Source: Lama glama (lineage: Eukaryota). From it: 64,000 nt of DNA. A program made the translations under genes and the position numbers. The DNA lies in assembly GCA_028534125.1 (NCBI GenBank), contig CM052817.1, positions 39,496,001 through 39,560,000 on the forward strand, given 5' to 3'. Below, one piece after another: positions 26,065 to 37,083 of the stretch (position 1 is the first letter of the stretch; each line of letters begins with the position of its first letter). The notes below the pieces were generated by a model. That model was not told the origin of the DNA. It ran no database searches and saw only the letters and a list, made by a program, of their open reading frames with translations.

Positions 26065-26570
26065 TGTGAAGTCTAGGTTCCAGCAGAAAAAGGAATCCAA
26101 TACAGATGGCTCAAGAGGCTTTAATGAAGAACTGTTTATAAAGGTTTGGATAGAGTTAAGAGAATCAGCAATGAATGGTGAGGTGCCCAGAAACCACAAA
26201 TAGCAGAAGATGGTTGCCACCTAGAATTTGTTCCAGAAAGGGCAAGAAGAAGAACAGTGTTCCCAGAGCCCAGTGAGTGCCAGAAACAGGGAGGAGGAGC
26301 AACCTGACAGGAGCTGTAGTCCTAGAGGGATGTCGCCATTGTGAGAGAATATGCCCAGAGCATGGATGGAACAGAGAGGAAATGCCCTGACCTCACTCTC
26401 TTCCAGCCTTTCCAGTCTCCTACCAGTACCTCCCACTGGCTAGCTGACTAGGAAGCCAGGGCAATCTGTCTATGACAATCAGCCCCCAGGGGAAGTGAGC
26501 AAAGCAAAACAGGAGGAGTGGGGTTGGGGGCAGAGGGGTGGAGTCCCGGCAAACAGAAAAGAACCAATTC
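26065..26570 (-). mobile_element. ERVL solo LTR (LTR33/LTR16-like)
   Basis: tttaatgaagaactgtttataaagg...cctgacctcactctc...cctcccactggc...ggaagccag matches the recalled family. Confidence 0.65.
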
Positions 26571-26854
26571 AGAAGCCATGGACAAGACAGCTGGAAAATG
26601 AAAAGAGACAGCTTTTGGAGAAATGAGAAGATTTATCAGTTCTCATTTTAATGAGCAATATCCTTTCTACCATTCTAATTGCCTTGATTCCTAGGTTGGC
26701 TATTCAAGTGCAAGAACTACTACACTGACAATCTACAGATAGGACAAGTATCCTAGCAAAAGCATCAGCTAAAACAAATACACTCCCATCCAAAAGACTC
26801 CAGGGCCTTATCAAAAGGAGACTCACAAAGGAGTGGAGACCTTCCTTAAGCCAT

Positions 26855-27370
26855 CTGTTTATTCATCTACCAAGTCAGCAAACATCTTCTGACTATCTAC
26901 TAAGTACTAGGCACTTCACCGGGTACTGAAAATACAAAGATGAAGAAGACTGATATGGTTTCTTCCCTCCTGTGGTTGTACTATCTGTGGGAAAGGCTGG
27001 AGCAGAGTAAGCAAGTCATCTGCTACAGATGGGTTTGGAGAGAAAGCACACACCAGGTCATGAAGAGCCTTGGAGGTCGTGGTTAGAAGAGGGTATTTTA
27101 TTATCATTTCAATGGGAAGCTATTGAAGGCATGAGGCCCTGACTTCTCATTGCCCTTAGAATAAAATGATCCATTGAGGGTTCAAGACAATCAATCCATT
27201 CTTGCTGCTGCATGAAGAGTGGACTGATAGGAGGCATGAGTGGAAGCAGGAGTGCCAGTTAGAAGGTTATTTCAGAGTGCATGTAGAAGAGATCATTGAG
27301 TGGACCAAGGTGACAGCTGTAGAGATGCAAGAGCACAAATTCAAAGTACGTCTGCATGGCAGATTTGGTT
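26855..27370 (-). mobile_element. L2 LINE fragments
   Basis: Antisense L2 tail followed by aatgggaagctattgaagg and gtggaagcaggagtgccagttagaagg. Confidence 0.7.
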
Positions 27371-27518
27371 TGTTATAACTTGTTAGGATCAGAGTAAGAG
27401 CAGCCTCCAGCCTGGAAGAATCTATATAAATCATACTCTTAAAATCTTATGCATATTTGCCAGCTGGCTTTATGGATGGTCTCTATTCTCGGTATTGCAG
27501 CTTTGTGAATTCATTGAA

Positions 27519-27980
27519 TGTATTCGTCTCTCAGGGCTGCTGTAACAAATTATCACAAGCTTGGTGGCTCAAAACAGCAGGAATTTATTCTCTATAATTC
27601 TGGAGGCCAAAAGTGCAAAGTCAAAGTGTCAGCAGTGTTGGTCCCTTCTAGAGGATCTGAGGAAACCCTTTTCATGCTTTTCCTAGTTTCTGATGGCTGT
27701 GGGCACTCCTTGACATTCTTTGACTTGTAATTGCATCACTCCAAACTCTGTCTCTGCTTTCACATGGCCTTCCCTGTGTGTCTCTGTGCCTCAAATCTCC
27801 CTTTCTCTTACAAGGACATCAATCATTGGATTTAGGGCCCAACCTAAATCCAGGATGATCTCTTCTCCAGATCCTTCACTTAATCTTCAAAGACCCTATT
27901 TCCAGATAAGTTCACATTCACAGACACCAGAGGTTAGGGCTTAAACATATCTTTCGGGGAGGACACAGTTCCACCTCTGC
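27519..27980 (-). mobile_element. MaLR solo LTR (MLT1C-like)
   Basis: agggctgctgtaacaaattatcacaagcttggtggctcaaaacagcaggaatttattctc...aagaccctatttccagataag. Confidence 0.92.
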
Positions 27981-28282
27981 CTTGAGCTTTTTGTTTTCTT
28001 GTGTGTAATATAACAATTATATCAAGTCAAATAAAATCATATTAAATCATGCGACTGGATATAATTTATAAACCAAAGTACTAGCAAATGATTATTATTA
28101 ATATATTAAAATTATTTTATTTGAAGGGCAGATTTAACAGTCAGCATATTATTCTACCATACACTTTTTCATAGTTGTTTTAATAGCAACAACGACAGTA
28201 AAAGGAGTTATACCACACTTACATTTATCTAATTTATAATATTAGATTGTGGCTATAAATGCATATGCTTCAATATCAATAA

Positions 28283-28387
28283 ATGAGAGAGATGGAAAGA
28301 TGAGAAGAAGAGAAGGAGAAGAAGAAAGAATGAGAGAGAAAGAGGGAAGGGGGAAGGAACAGAGGGAGAGAGAAGAAGGGAGGGAAA
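28283..28387 (+). repeat. GA-rich low-complexity tract
   Basis: Read directly. Confidence 0.85.
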
Positions 28388-28519
28388 TCTCTCTATGTAT
28401 TATCTGCCATTTCCCATCTCTAGTCAGAGGAAACCCACTCTTTCACGGCCTAAAGAAGTGAAGACCATGGCAAAATGTAAGAAGAAACAAGAAGGTAGTT
28501 CTATGCAGCACTGAGCTCA

Positions 28520-28720
28520 GGGCTTTCATGACACTGTTGCGTGGAGTATATACCTCACAACCCAGTGATGTTGACACCACGTTCCTCCTCATTTTACACC
28601 TGAGCTTTACAGAGGTTATATAACTTGCCCAAGGTCACATGGCTGCTGAAAAAGTGTTAGAACTGGGATTTGAACCCAGGTTTGCCTGATAGTTGATCTA
28701 TGATGCCTGAAACCACAGTA
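28520..28720 (-). mobile_element. MIR SINE
   Basis: taacttgcccaaggtcacatggct...ctgggatttgaacccagg. Confidence 0.85.
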
Positions 28721-28754
28721 CCATTTCACTGTTATTCCTCTGTATTATTCAAGC

Positions 28755-29560
28755 ATTCTTTCATTCATTTAACAAGCATTTATTGGATGCCTGTTACAGG
28801 AGCAGGAAACACAACGATGAACAATGCACAATAGTCTCCTGCTCTCTTGGGGCTTACATTCTGGTGGGGGAAACAGGCCATAAGCCAACTAGGGCATGAA
28901 GTAATTCTCGATGACACTGTGAAATCAATGAAACTGGGTACAGTGATAAAGCAGGGTTAGGAAGGGGGAGTCCTCCTTTGACAGCAGGTGGAAGAAAGCC
29001 CCTTAGAGAAGTGACCTTTGAGCATCAACCTGAATCAAATAGAAAAAAGACAACCATGAAGATACAGGGGAAGAATATTCCAGGCAGAAGGAAGAGCAAG
29101 TACAAAGAATCTGAGGCAAGAGTGTACTAGGAATGCCTTACATGAGCAAGCGGGCCAGTGAGGCCGGGAGAAAGTGACAGGTGGAGACAGGAGGATGATG
29201 AGGAAGGCTGGGGCTGGGTCATGTAGTTCCGGTAGAAGAAGCAATGACAATGGGGAGAAATGAGCTTATTCTAAGTGCAATCCAAAGTCCTTAGACAGCT
29301 TGAGGAAGGGGAGTGATGGGATCTGGGGATAACTTTTAAAGATGCTCTGACTCTGTTGTAGGGGACCAACTCTAAAGTAGATAGATTCAAAGAGACCAGT
29401 TACAATCCTGTTGCTTTCTTCCAAAAGAGAGGTATTGGCAGTACATTGGTGGTGACAGAGAGGGAGAGAAGTCAGCTGATCTGAGTAGATATTCACGTGG
29501 ACTTAGGTGTGATTAGCAAGGGAAAGAGAGGAATCAAAAGTGATGCCTTGCTTTTGGCGT
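28755..29560 (-). mobile_element. L2 LINE 3' portion (L2a-like)
   Basis: ttcattcatttaacaagcatttattg...gcttacattctggtggggg...gaatattccaggcagaagga...gagaggaatcaaaagtgatgcc. Confidence 0.9.
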
Positions 29561-29676
29561 CATTAATCGTGCAGCTGCTTCACATCAAGGAAGTGAGGTT
29601 TGCAGTGACTGGCCTGTGCTGTCATAGCTGAGTGTACTCACCTCTCCATTGCTACCCTGCACAGTTCTAAGTCCAT

Positions 29677-30176
29677 NNNNNNNNNNNNNNNNNNNNNNNN
29701 NNNNNNNNNNNNNNNNNNNNNNNNNNNNNNNNNNNNNNNNNNNNNNNNNNNNNNNNNNNNNNNNNNNNNNNNNNNNNNNNNNNNNNNNNNNNNNNNNNNN
29801 NNNNNNNNNNNNNNNNNNNNNNNNNNNNNNNNNNNNNNNNNNNNNNNNNNNNNNNNNNNNNNNNNNNNNNNNNNNNNNNNNNNNNNNNNNNNNNNNNNNN
29901 NNNNNNNNNNNNNNNNNNNNNNNNNNNNNNNNNNNNNNNNNNNNNNNNNNNNNNNNNNNNNNNNNNNNNNNNNNNNNNNNNNNNNNNNNNNNNNNNNNNN
30001 NNNNNNNNNNNNNNNNNNNNNNNNNNNNNNNNNNNNNNNNNNNNNNNNNNNNNNNNNNNNNNNNNNNNNNNNNNNNNNNNNNNNNNNNNNNNNNNNNNNN
30101 NNNNNNNNNNNNNNNNNNNNNNNNNNNNNNNNNNNNNNNNNNNNNNNNNNNNNNNNNNNNNNNNNNNNNNNNNNNN
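29677..30176. other. Assembly gap of 500 N
   Basis: A run of exactly 500 N. Confidence 1.
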
Positions 30177-30499
30177 GTCATCTGTCTCATCTGGCGGCCG
30201 TACCTTTTGCCTTGTTCATAGGTGCTGCCCCTGAGCTTCCAAGTGGAATCAAGAAACACTGCTCCAGAGACTAGTCTCAGTTCAACTCTGATTGCCAGCC
30301 TCATTCCAGATAACCTACGGCTTCCTTCAAAACCAAGACCTTCGGTCCATCTCTAATCTGTTCTTGTTGCTCTGTTCTGTATTCTCTGAATAATACTGAT
30401 CTCTAAATGGCCAATAGCAAATGATTATTCACACACATGCAGAATTAGTATTGCAACTATCTAGTCACATTAATAACTAGATTCATAAGTTTGTACAGC

Positions 30500-30740
30500 T
30501 TAGGGGTTGAATGATCTGACTTAGGAGTCAGGCAGACCAGAGCAAAACCTCAATTTTCTATTTATCTGTATGATATTGGGCAAAAAGTTTACCTTTCCAA
30601 GCCTCAGTTTCCTTGTCTATTACTTAGGGATTAAATATATCTCCAAACGGGGTTGTGAGAATGCAGGGATTTAATGCACATGAACCTTTTAGTGCAGCCC
30701 CTGGCAAATAGTGACCCACTCAGTAATTATGAGCTGCTCT
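30500..30740 (+). mobile_element. MIR SINE
   Basis: ggagtcaggcagacc...gcctcagtttccttgtct...gttgtgagaat. Confidence 0.85.
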
Positions 30741-30896
30741 TAGCCTTACTGATGTTATTGTTATAAAACAACAAAACGTTCCTGAAGTTTTAATAGTGAT
30801 GGACAGAGTGAGAACAAGGGTACCTCTAGTGACTTTCTAATTTAGACGAGGAAACAAAAGAAACTCTGGGAAAAGTTGGGAACTGTGTGGCTGCTT

Positions 30897-31210
30897 CCCC
30901 CAGCCCCCCACCCGGGCCCTGTGGGTGGCAAGACTGATTGAAAAGGCTAATTGAGCAGCAACCCCAGATAACTTCAGGGATGATAAGTTTCATGAGCATT
31001 ATCTGGAAACTTTATCTTGCCAACAAAAATAAGCAGGGTCTCCTACAAAAAGAGTTTAAAATCTGGTCACTAAGCAGTGTTTTGAACAGCAAATACAGAT
31101 GCACAGTAATATTTACGGTCAATTTACCAGAATCAGGTATCAGATGGCCTCTGACACTAGCCATCGCTTACTAAAGAGCTAATTAGCTGTAAAAATGAGG
31201 TGACAAGTCA
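30897..31210. promoter_or_regulatory. Candidate enhancer with four GATA sites, E-boxes and a homeodomain palindrome
   Basis: AGATAA 30966, TGATAA 30981, TTATCT 30999, TTATCT 31012, CAGATG 31096 and 31141, AGCTAATTAGCT 31177-31188. Motif evidence only. Confidence 0.4.
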
Positions 31211-33085
31211 ATTGTATCAGCACAAAGGACGAATTTGTCATGTGGGATTTCGCTGGTAGTAAGGCCTGCCATTACAGCTTCTGGGTGGCTACTTGGCCTA
31301 CAAAGGAAGCGAACTTTCCCTTAGGGGAAGGAGGAGGTGGAAGCCAAGTGTGAAGGCCTGGGAGTGCTCACATCAGTTAGGGTGAGACACATGGCAACCT
31401 CAGGGGCCCAGAGGTAGAAGGCCTCCTCGTGTGTCTGGTGGGTGAGAGAAGGCCTGCCTCCTCAGGACTTGTAATCACCACCAGAAACGTTAGCTTGAGT
31501 ACTAAGAACAAATGCTGTTACTCACCGTGTTTTCCCCTCTGCTGTGACCAGCAGAACTAAACTTTGTTTGCCACAAAGCATAGTCTCTCTGCTGATTCTT
31601 AAATTCGCATGTGTTCACTGAGATGTTAAAACCACAGAAAATTTAAATGAAGGGGGAAATCACTTGTAATTCCTCCATGAACTCCTGAATAACCAGTGTC
31701 AACATTGTACAGTTGTTTATAGTGTTTTAGTAAACAAAATTGAAAACGAATTGTATACAGTTTATGCTCTTTCCTTAGTTCATATTATATCCAAAAAGTA
31801 TGTTTTATGTTATCAACTGTTTTCAGTAATATGGTTCAAGTCATTTTATGATATTTCATCATATGGGCACATCATGATGTATGTAATCCATGTGTTTCCA
31901 TGCTCCCCAGCCTTCAGAGGTCATTCTTTCTTCAATGTTCAAATAATATCATTCAATTCCCCAATATGCCATGCAGAATAATCAGATTTTCTTACTCAGT
32001 ACACCTGAGAATACCCCAAAATGCCAACCTGTTCCTGAAAAATGTCCTATCTGTTGTCACAGACTCTGACTGTCCTTTTAGCTGGCTTCTAACCACTACT
32101 CTCTGTTCCAGCACAGACACTCACTCAAAGACACTTGGGCCCTATCACGCCTTTAAGCAGCATAGCCACCGTGAACTCAGCTTAGAGGAGAGGATCGAGG
32201 CTGGGTAGAGAAGATATGTTCCTTTATTCCTCTGCACCCACAGTGAAAATGGCCCCCTACTTTAAGTCCCCGAAGTCTAGCTAAAATCAGGTTGTAACAT
32301 TGTACAGAGTTTTAATGAAAGCTTACGGTTAACTTGGATCAATACAGAATGACTTTCTATCAGATGGGTTCTTCCAGGATTCTCCACATGGAAGAGGCTA
32401 CCAACAGAAACTTCTAAGCATCTTCATCCCCAGAGTCCTGGCCCCATCTCTTCATTTAACTTCAGAGAAAGAGTAGTATCTTCCCTCCCCGAATCCAGGA
32501 AACCTTAGTCTTTTTTCCCAGAATGATTAAAAGCCGTGTTTTTCAGAGAAAACTCCTATCTTTACTGAGAGTCCAAGCAAGGTAATCATAAGAGCTGACC
32601 ATATATTTCCCAAAGTCAGGAGTATGTGTATAGGGAGCACTGTGCCAAAATCAGGCCAACCATTTCACATTTTTCTCCAGAAGAAGTCAAAATACAAGCC
32701 CCTCCTGGCTTGATCTGGTCTCACTATGTCTCAATAACAAATATTTAGAAAAAACATTCATACCTCATCTCTCAAGTACTGCAAAAGTTTGAAGAACCAA
32801 TCAAATGAAACTTACATTAGAGTAAAAAGTATTTCTATTAATTTCAAAACTCACTATCAACTAAAGATCCCCCCAATTTATAGAGCTAAGACATTTTACA
32901 ATTCAGTCTGAAGAATCTACATTCAAGCTTATGGTGACTTCACAGATTTTTTCCAAGGAAAGTTGAGAAATGCTCTACCTACATGTGCTGGCTCTACTTC
33001 TAAATGAAAATGATTAGCAATAATTGAATGATTCTTCTGTGGCATCAAAAACACCAAAAGACCTTAAGAGTCACTTTAAAAAGTC

Positions 33086-33514
33086 TGGTATACATTGAAT
33101 TGTGTCCCTCAAAACAGTATGTTTAAGTCTAACCTTTGCTACCTTTAAATGTGATCTTATTTGGAAACAGGGTCTTTGCAGATGTAATTAAGATTAGGAT
33201 GGTCCCTAATGCATGATGGGTATCATTATAAAATGATGAAAATTGAGACACAGTCACATAGGGGAGAATGCCATGTGAAGGCGGATGCAGAGATTATAGG
33301 GATACGTCTGCAAACCAGGGAACTCCAAGGACTACCAGAAGCTTGGATAGAGACATGCAACAGATTCTCCCTCAAAACCTCCAAAAAGAATTAATTTCCC
33401 CAGCACTTGGATTTCAGATGTCCAGCCTCCAAAACTGCAAGAGAATAAATTTCTGTTGTTTAAAGATGCTCGTTTTGTGATGATTTGTGATGGCAACTCT
33501 AGAAATTTAGTACA
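33086..33514 (+). mobile_element. MaLR solo LTR (MLT1B/C-like)
   Basis: ttgaattgtgtccctcaaaa...cttatttggaaacagggtctttgcagatgtaatta...gagaataaatttctgttgtttaaa. Confidence 0.92.
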
Positions 33515-33534
33515 ACTTGTATACTTATTTAACC

Positions 33535-33734
33535 CAGTATTTCTCAACAGGGACAATTTTGCCCCCCAGGAGACATCTGACAATGTCTAAACTGTCACAA
33601 ATGGGGTCAATGCTACTGGCATCCAGAGGGTAGAGGCCAGGGATATTGTTAAGCATCTTACAATGCACAGGACAGTCCCATAAGAGGAATTACCCAGCCC
33701 AAAATGTCAACAGTGCCAATGTTGAGAAACCCCT
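33535..33734. mobile_element. MER20 (hAT-Charlie) non-autonomous DNA transposon
   Basis: Close to the recalled MER20 consensus along its length, with an exact 8-bp TSD atttaacc (33527-33534 and 33735-33742). Confidence 0.93.
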
Positions 33735-34525
33735 ATTTAACCTATTCCTTATTTGGGGATATTTTCTTTTTAGTTTCTTTACCATTTTTTTGCTGCCATA
33801 AATAATGCTGCAGTGACCAGTGCAGTACACAATTACTGGTCAACCAGTGGTAGCAGTTACCTAAAATTTAATTTCTTAGAAAACTATGTGTTCTCTTTTT
33901 CTTATTTTAATGGACATTTTTCCATTTCCTGTCATTGTATTTGAATACTTTTTTGAAATAGAGTATAAAAACAGTAAGTACATGAATGAATGAAAAAGCA
34001 TGAAATTTTCAAAGGTGGTGAAGAGGCCTCAGTGCCTCCTAGGGTTAACTTTTGATCTGTTATAATTTTCTGCCTACATTTGCTCCATCCTTAAACTATA
34101 AGGAGGCTTAGGAAGAAAGTGTTTTTATCATAACTGCTAATATAAACAACATGTTATTGCTCCTAGTTTTTTTTTAATCTGTAAGTGTAACAGTCTAGGA
34201 TTTAAAAAATAGTAAAGTTTTTTTTATGAGAAATAAATTGATACAGCCATGAGGCAAATTTTTCTACTAGATTTTCAAAATGGACAGAAGAGGTGATTAC
34301 AATGAGGTATGAGCCTTAGTGTCCAGGACCTTACTGCCTTTTTCCATTGGCTCCATGAAAATGTTGCTGGTTAGGTGGGGGTCATAGTCTTCTGAGATGT
34401 TATTAGGCTACATGAACTTAAGATTCAACTACCAATCTCTGTTTGGTCCTTGACTGGCCAAATTTTCTATTTAGTCCTTGACTGGCCAGTATTTTCTCTT
34501 TTCAAGGGCAGCATCTGCCTTTTAC

Positions 34526-35057
34526 TGTACACAGCCAAGTACTCATGGTTTTATTTGTTGGGAGAGAATTTTTTCCGCACATCTTATGAGCAGAAGCACT
34601 AACCAGGCTTTGGTTCTGGGTTACCTTTTAAAGGATGCTTATATAGTGAACAGCCTTGAAAGATAGAGATATTATCTCCATGCAAGCAAAGGACAGATGT
34701 ACTAACTGTTTAATAAAAATACTACAAGGCAAAGGTTGGACAGTTTGCTTGCAGCCTGTTGTAAAAACTGTGACTTTTCTAAGCACGGGGTTCTTAGGCA
34801 GTGACACAAAGCCATTGTGTAAGCAGCATGTATCTGCATCCCTCCAAATGCCCCCAGGGGACTTTTGGAGGTGGGGCGCGGTCAAGGGGAATAAACAGGA
34901 ACATGAAGTCCATGCTGCTTGCTTGCTGTGAGTGATAAGGTCTGTTGTCTCTGTTCCGGTAGTCTCACGTCTTCTCCCGACATCCATGAAACTACGGCAG
35001 GCTAACAGGTTAGCGTGTATGCAGGACAAAATCTCAGACACTTCACACTTCTTGACA
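34526..35057 (+). mobile_element. ERVL solo LTR (MER74/MER73/MER54 group)
   Basis: Diagnostic 3' end catccatgaaactacggcaggctaac...aaaatctcagacacttcacacttcttgaca and internal agccttgaaagatagagat. 5' boundary uncertain. Confidence 0.8.
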
Positions 35058-36419
35058 TTATCCTACCTCTCAAAGTCTATAATTCAGTTCATGAGACTGC
35101 CTCCCTCAGCGCAGCACCATACTTATTTTCCTCCCTTTCTTCTTCCCCACCCTAGTCCTGTTGAGTCAGTCAGAGGTAACTGAAGTGTCAAGCTGGTGAC
35201 AAGTTTCAGCTCCTGTAACTCTGCAGAGTAGAAGCTCTGGTCCAATCAAAATGCTACCATTATCTCCTGCAGCCTTGGACCCAGGTGGGACCTGGAAGAA
35301 GTCAAGCTCCTCAGAGGCATCTTAGAGGCTGCTCTTCCATGCTTCAAAGGAAACGTCAATATACACCCCGAGTTATGTGCCAGAGAATGTCACCTCAGGC
35401 CTTGAACTGAAAAATCAATAGTCTAGGGACATGGAGGATGAAAACCAAAATGGCTGACTAAAAATTTAATTAAAATTATATGCATATATCTAATTTCTAG
35501 CAGAGTAAACAACAGATGTAGTGCAGAAGCATAGGAAGGAGAATGAGAAATCTAAGCAAAAACATTTTTTTATCCTAATCCTCTCTTAATATTATTGAAA
35601 ATAATGTCTTTGATAGTTCAAAATTGGGATAAAGATTTTACACATTACATCACCTATCAGAATAATACATACAGTCATCGCAGAAATAAGAGCAAACAGC
35701 AACTCAAGAGGCACAGTCAGTCTAGAGAGGCTGACAGCAGTATGCATCAGCAGCTTGTGACAAAGCACAGCTGTCAGTTCTACCACGTGTTCCAGGCACC
35801 ATCTTGTTGTTGTCCTTGGGTCTCCCCAAAAAGTCCCTGTAGCTTGTGGCCAATAGCCATTTAGAAGAAACTGATAACTCCATTATGCCAATGGGCCCCT
35901 CCTGAACCTTCGTGTGAGCAAAGCAACTAACATAATAGACACTGGTGGCAATTACTTCTATTACCAGAGAAGAATTTACTTCAAAGAAGTGTTCTCCACA
36001 CTTTCTTTAAGTAGCGGGAATCCAACATGCCTAAATGTTTGTCTACCATCCTTTAAGTCCTCAAGTTTACAGCCAGGGAATATAGGTAGCTCACTAAAGA
36101 ATGGCTGAAACTAAAGTTAAAGCACTTCTGAAATTATAATTATGAAAAAGTAATTATATTAAATTGACTTAGTGTTTTGGAAATATGCCAAATGCTTAAA
36201 AATGAATAATGCCTTTTACTTTCTCCTTCAATATCTGTTAGCCAAAATGACAAAGAGTTTAACAGAAGATGTTACTCCTGCTGAAAAACCTGACATCACA
36301 GATTCACAGAGCTAACCATAGGCTCATCTATTCAACAGGCTGACTTTACAATCTCAGGTCCAGAAAGTTTTAGTGATTTGCCACCAGGTAACCAGACTTC
36401 CAGACCATTTTTTATAGCA

Positions 36420-36922
36420 TTTATTCACTTCTATTCAAATTACATAGTAAACAATGTGTCTGATGCAGAAAACTTGGAAAATGCATAAAAACACAATTAA
36501 AGCAAAAATTGTAAATCATAATCCACGCACCCCAAAGTTAGCAACTATCAACATTCCAATAGTTTTCCTATGCATTTTTCCCCACAAATTAGAATCAAGC
36601 TATAGATACTGTTTTGTAACCTGCTTTTGCTTCCACATAACAATATACTCTGAAACTTTCCATGGCATTGAATATTATTTTACTATTTCATTCTTAAAAA
36701 CACAGTATTTCAGAATATGAATATACAATCAATTATTTAACTTGTCCCCTATTGTGGGACTAGTTATTTTCAACATTTCATTATTAGAAACACTGTGTTC
36801 ATTAGTCATAAATCTCTATGCACATTTCTATTTCATTGGAATACATTATTAAAAGTGAAATTGCTGGGTTAAGTGGTAAAATGCTTTAAACTGCCAAGTC
36901 CACTCCACCAAAGAGTTGTATC
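36420..36922 (-). mobile_element. Old LINE-1 3' fragment (L1ME-like)
   Basis: atactgttttgtaacctgctttt, ttatttaacttgtcccctattg, aagtgaaattgctgggt. Confidence 0.75.
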
Positions 36923-36936
36923 AAGATTAACTTCTG

Positions 36937-37083
36937 TAGCGTAGGGAATTGTATTCAATACCTTGTAATAGCTTATAATGAAAAAGAGTATGAAAAGGAA
37001 TATATATGTGTATATAACAGAACCACTCCGCTGTACACAAGAAACTAACACAGCATTGTAAATTGGCTGTACTTCAATTAAAA
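36937..37083 (+). mobile_element. Short, younger (artiodactyl-type) LINE-1 3' end with TSD
   Basis: gctgtacacaagaaactaacacagcattgtaaattggctgtacttcaatt plus poly-A, with a 14-bp TSD aagattaacttctg/aagattggcttctg. Confidence 0.88.

Noticed and set aside
29585..30304. The two longest ORFs (239 aa and 190 aa)
   Set aside because: They are artefacts of translating through the 500-N gap.
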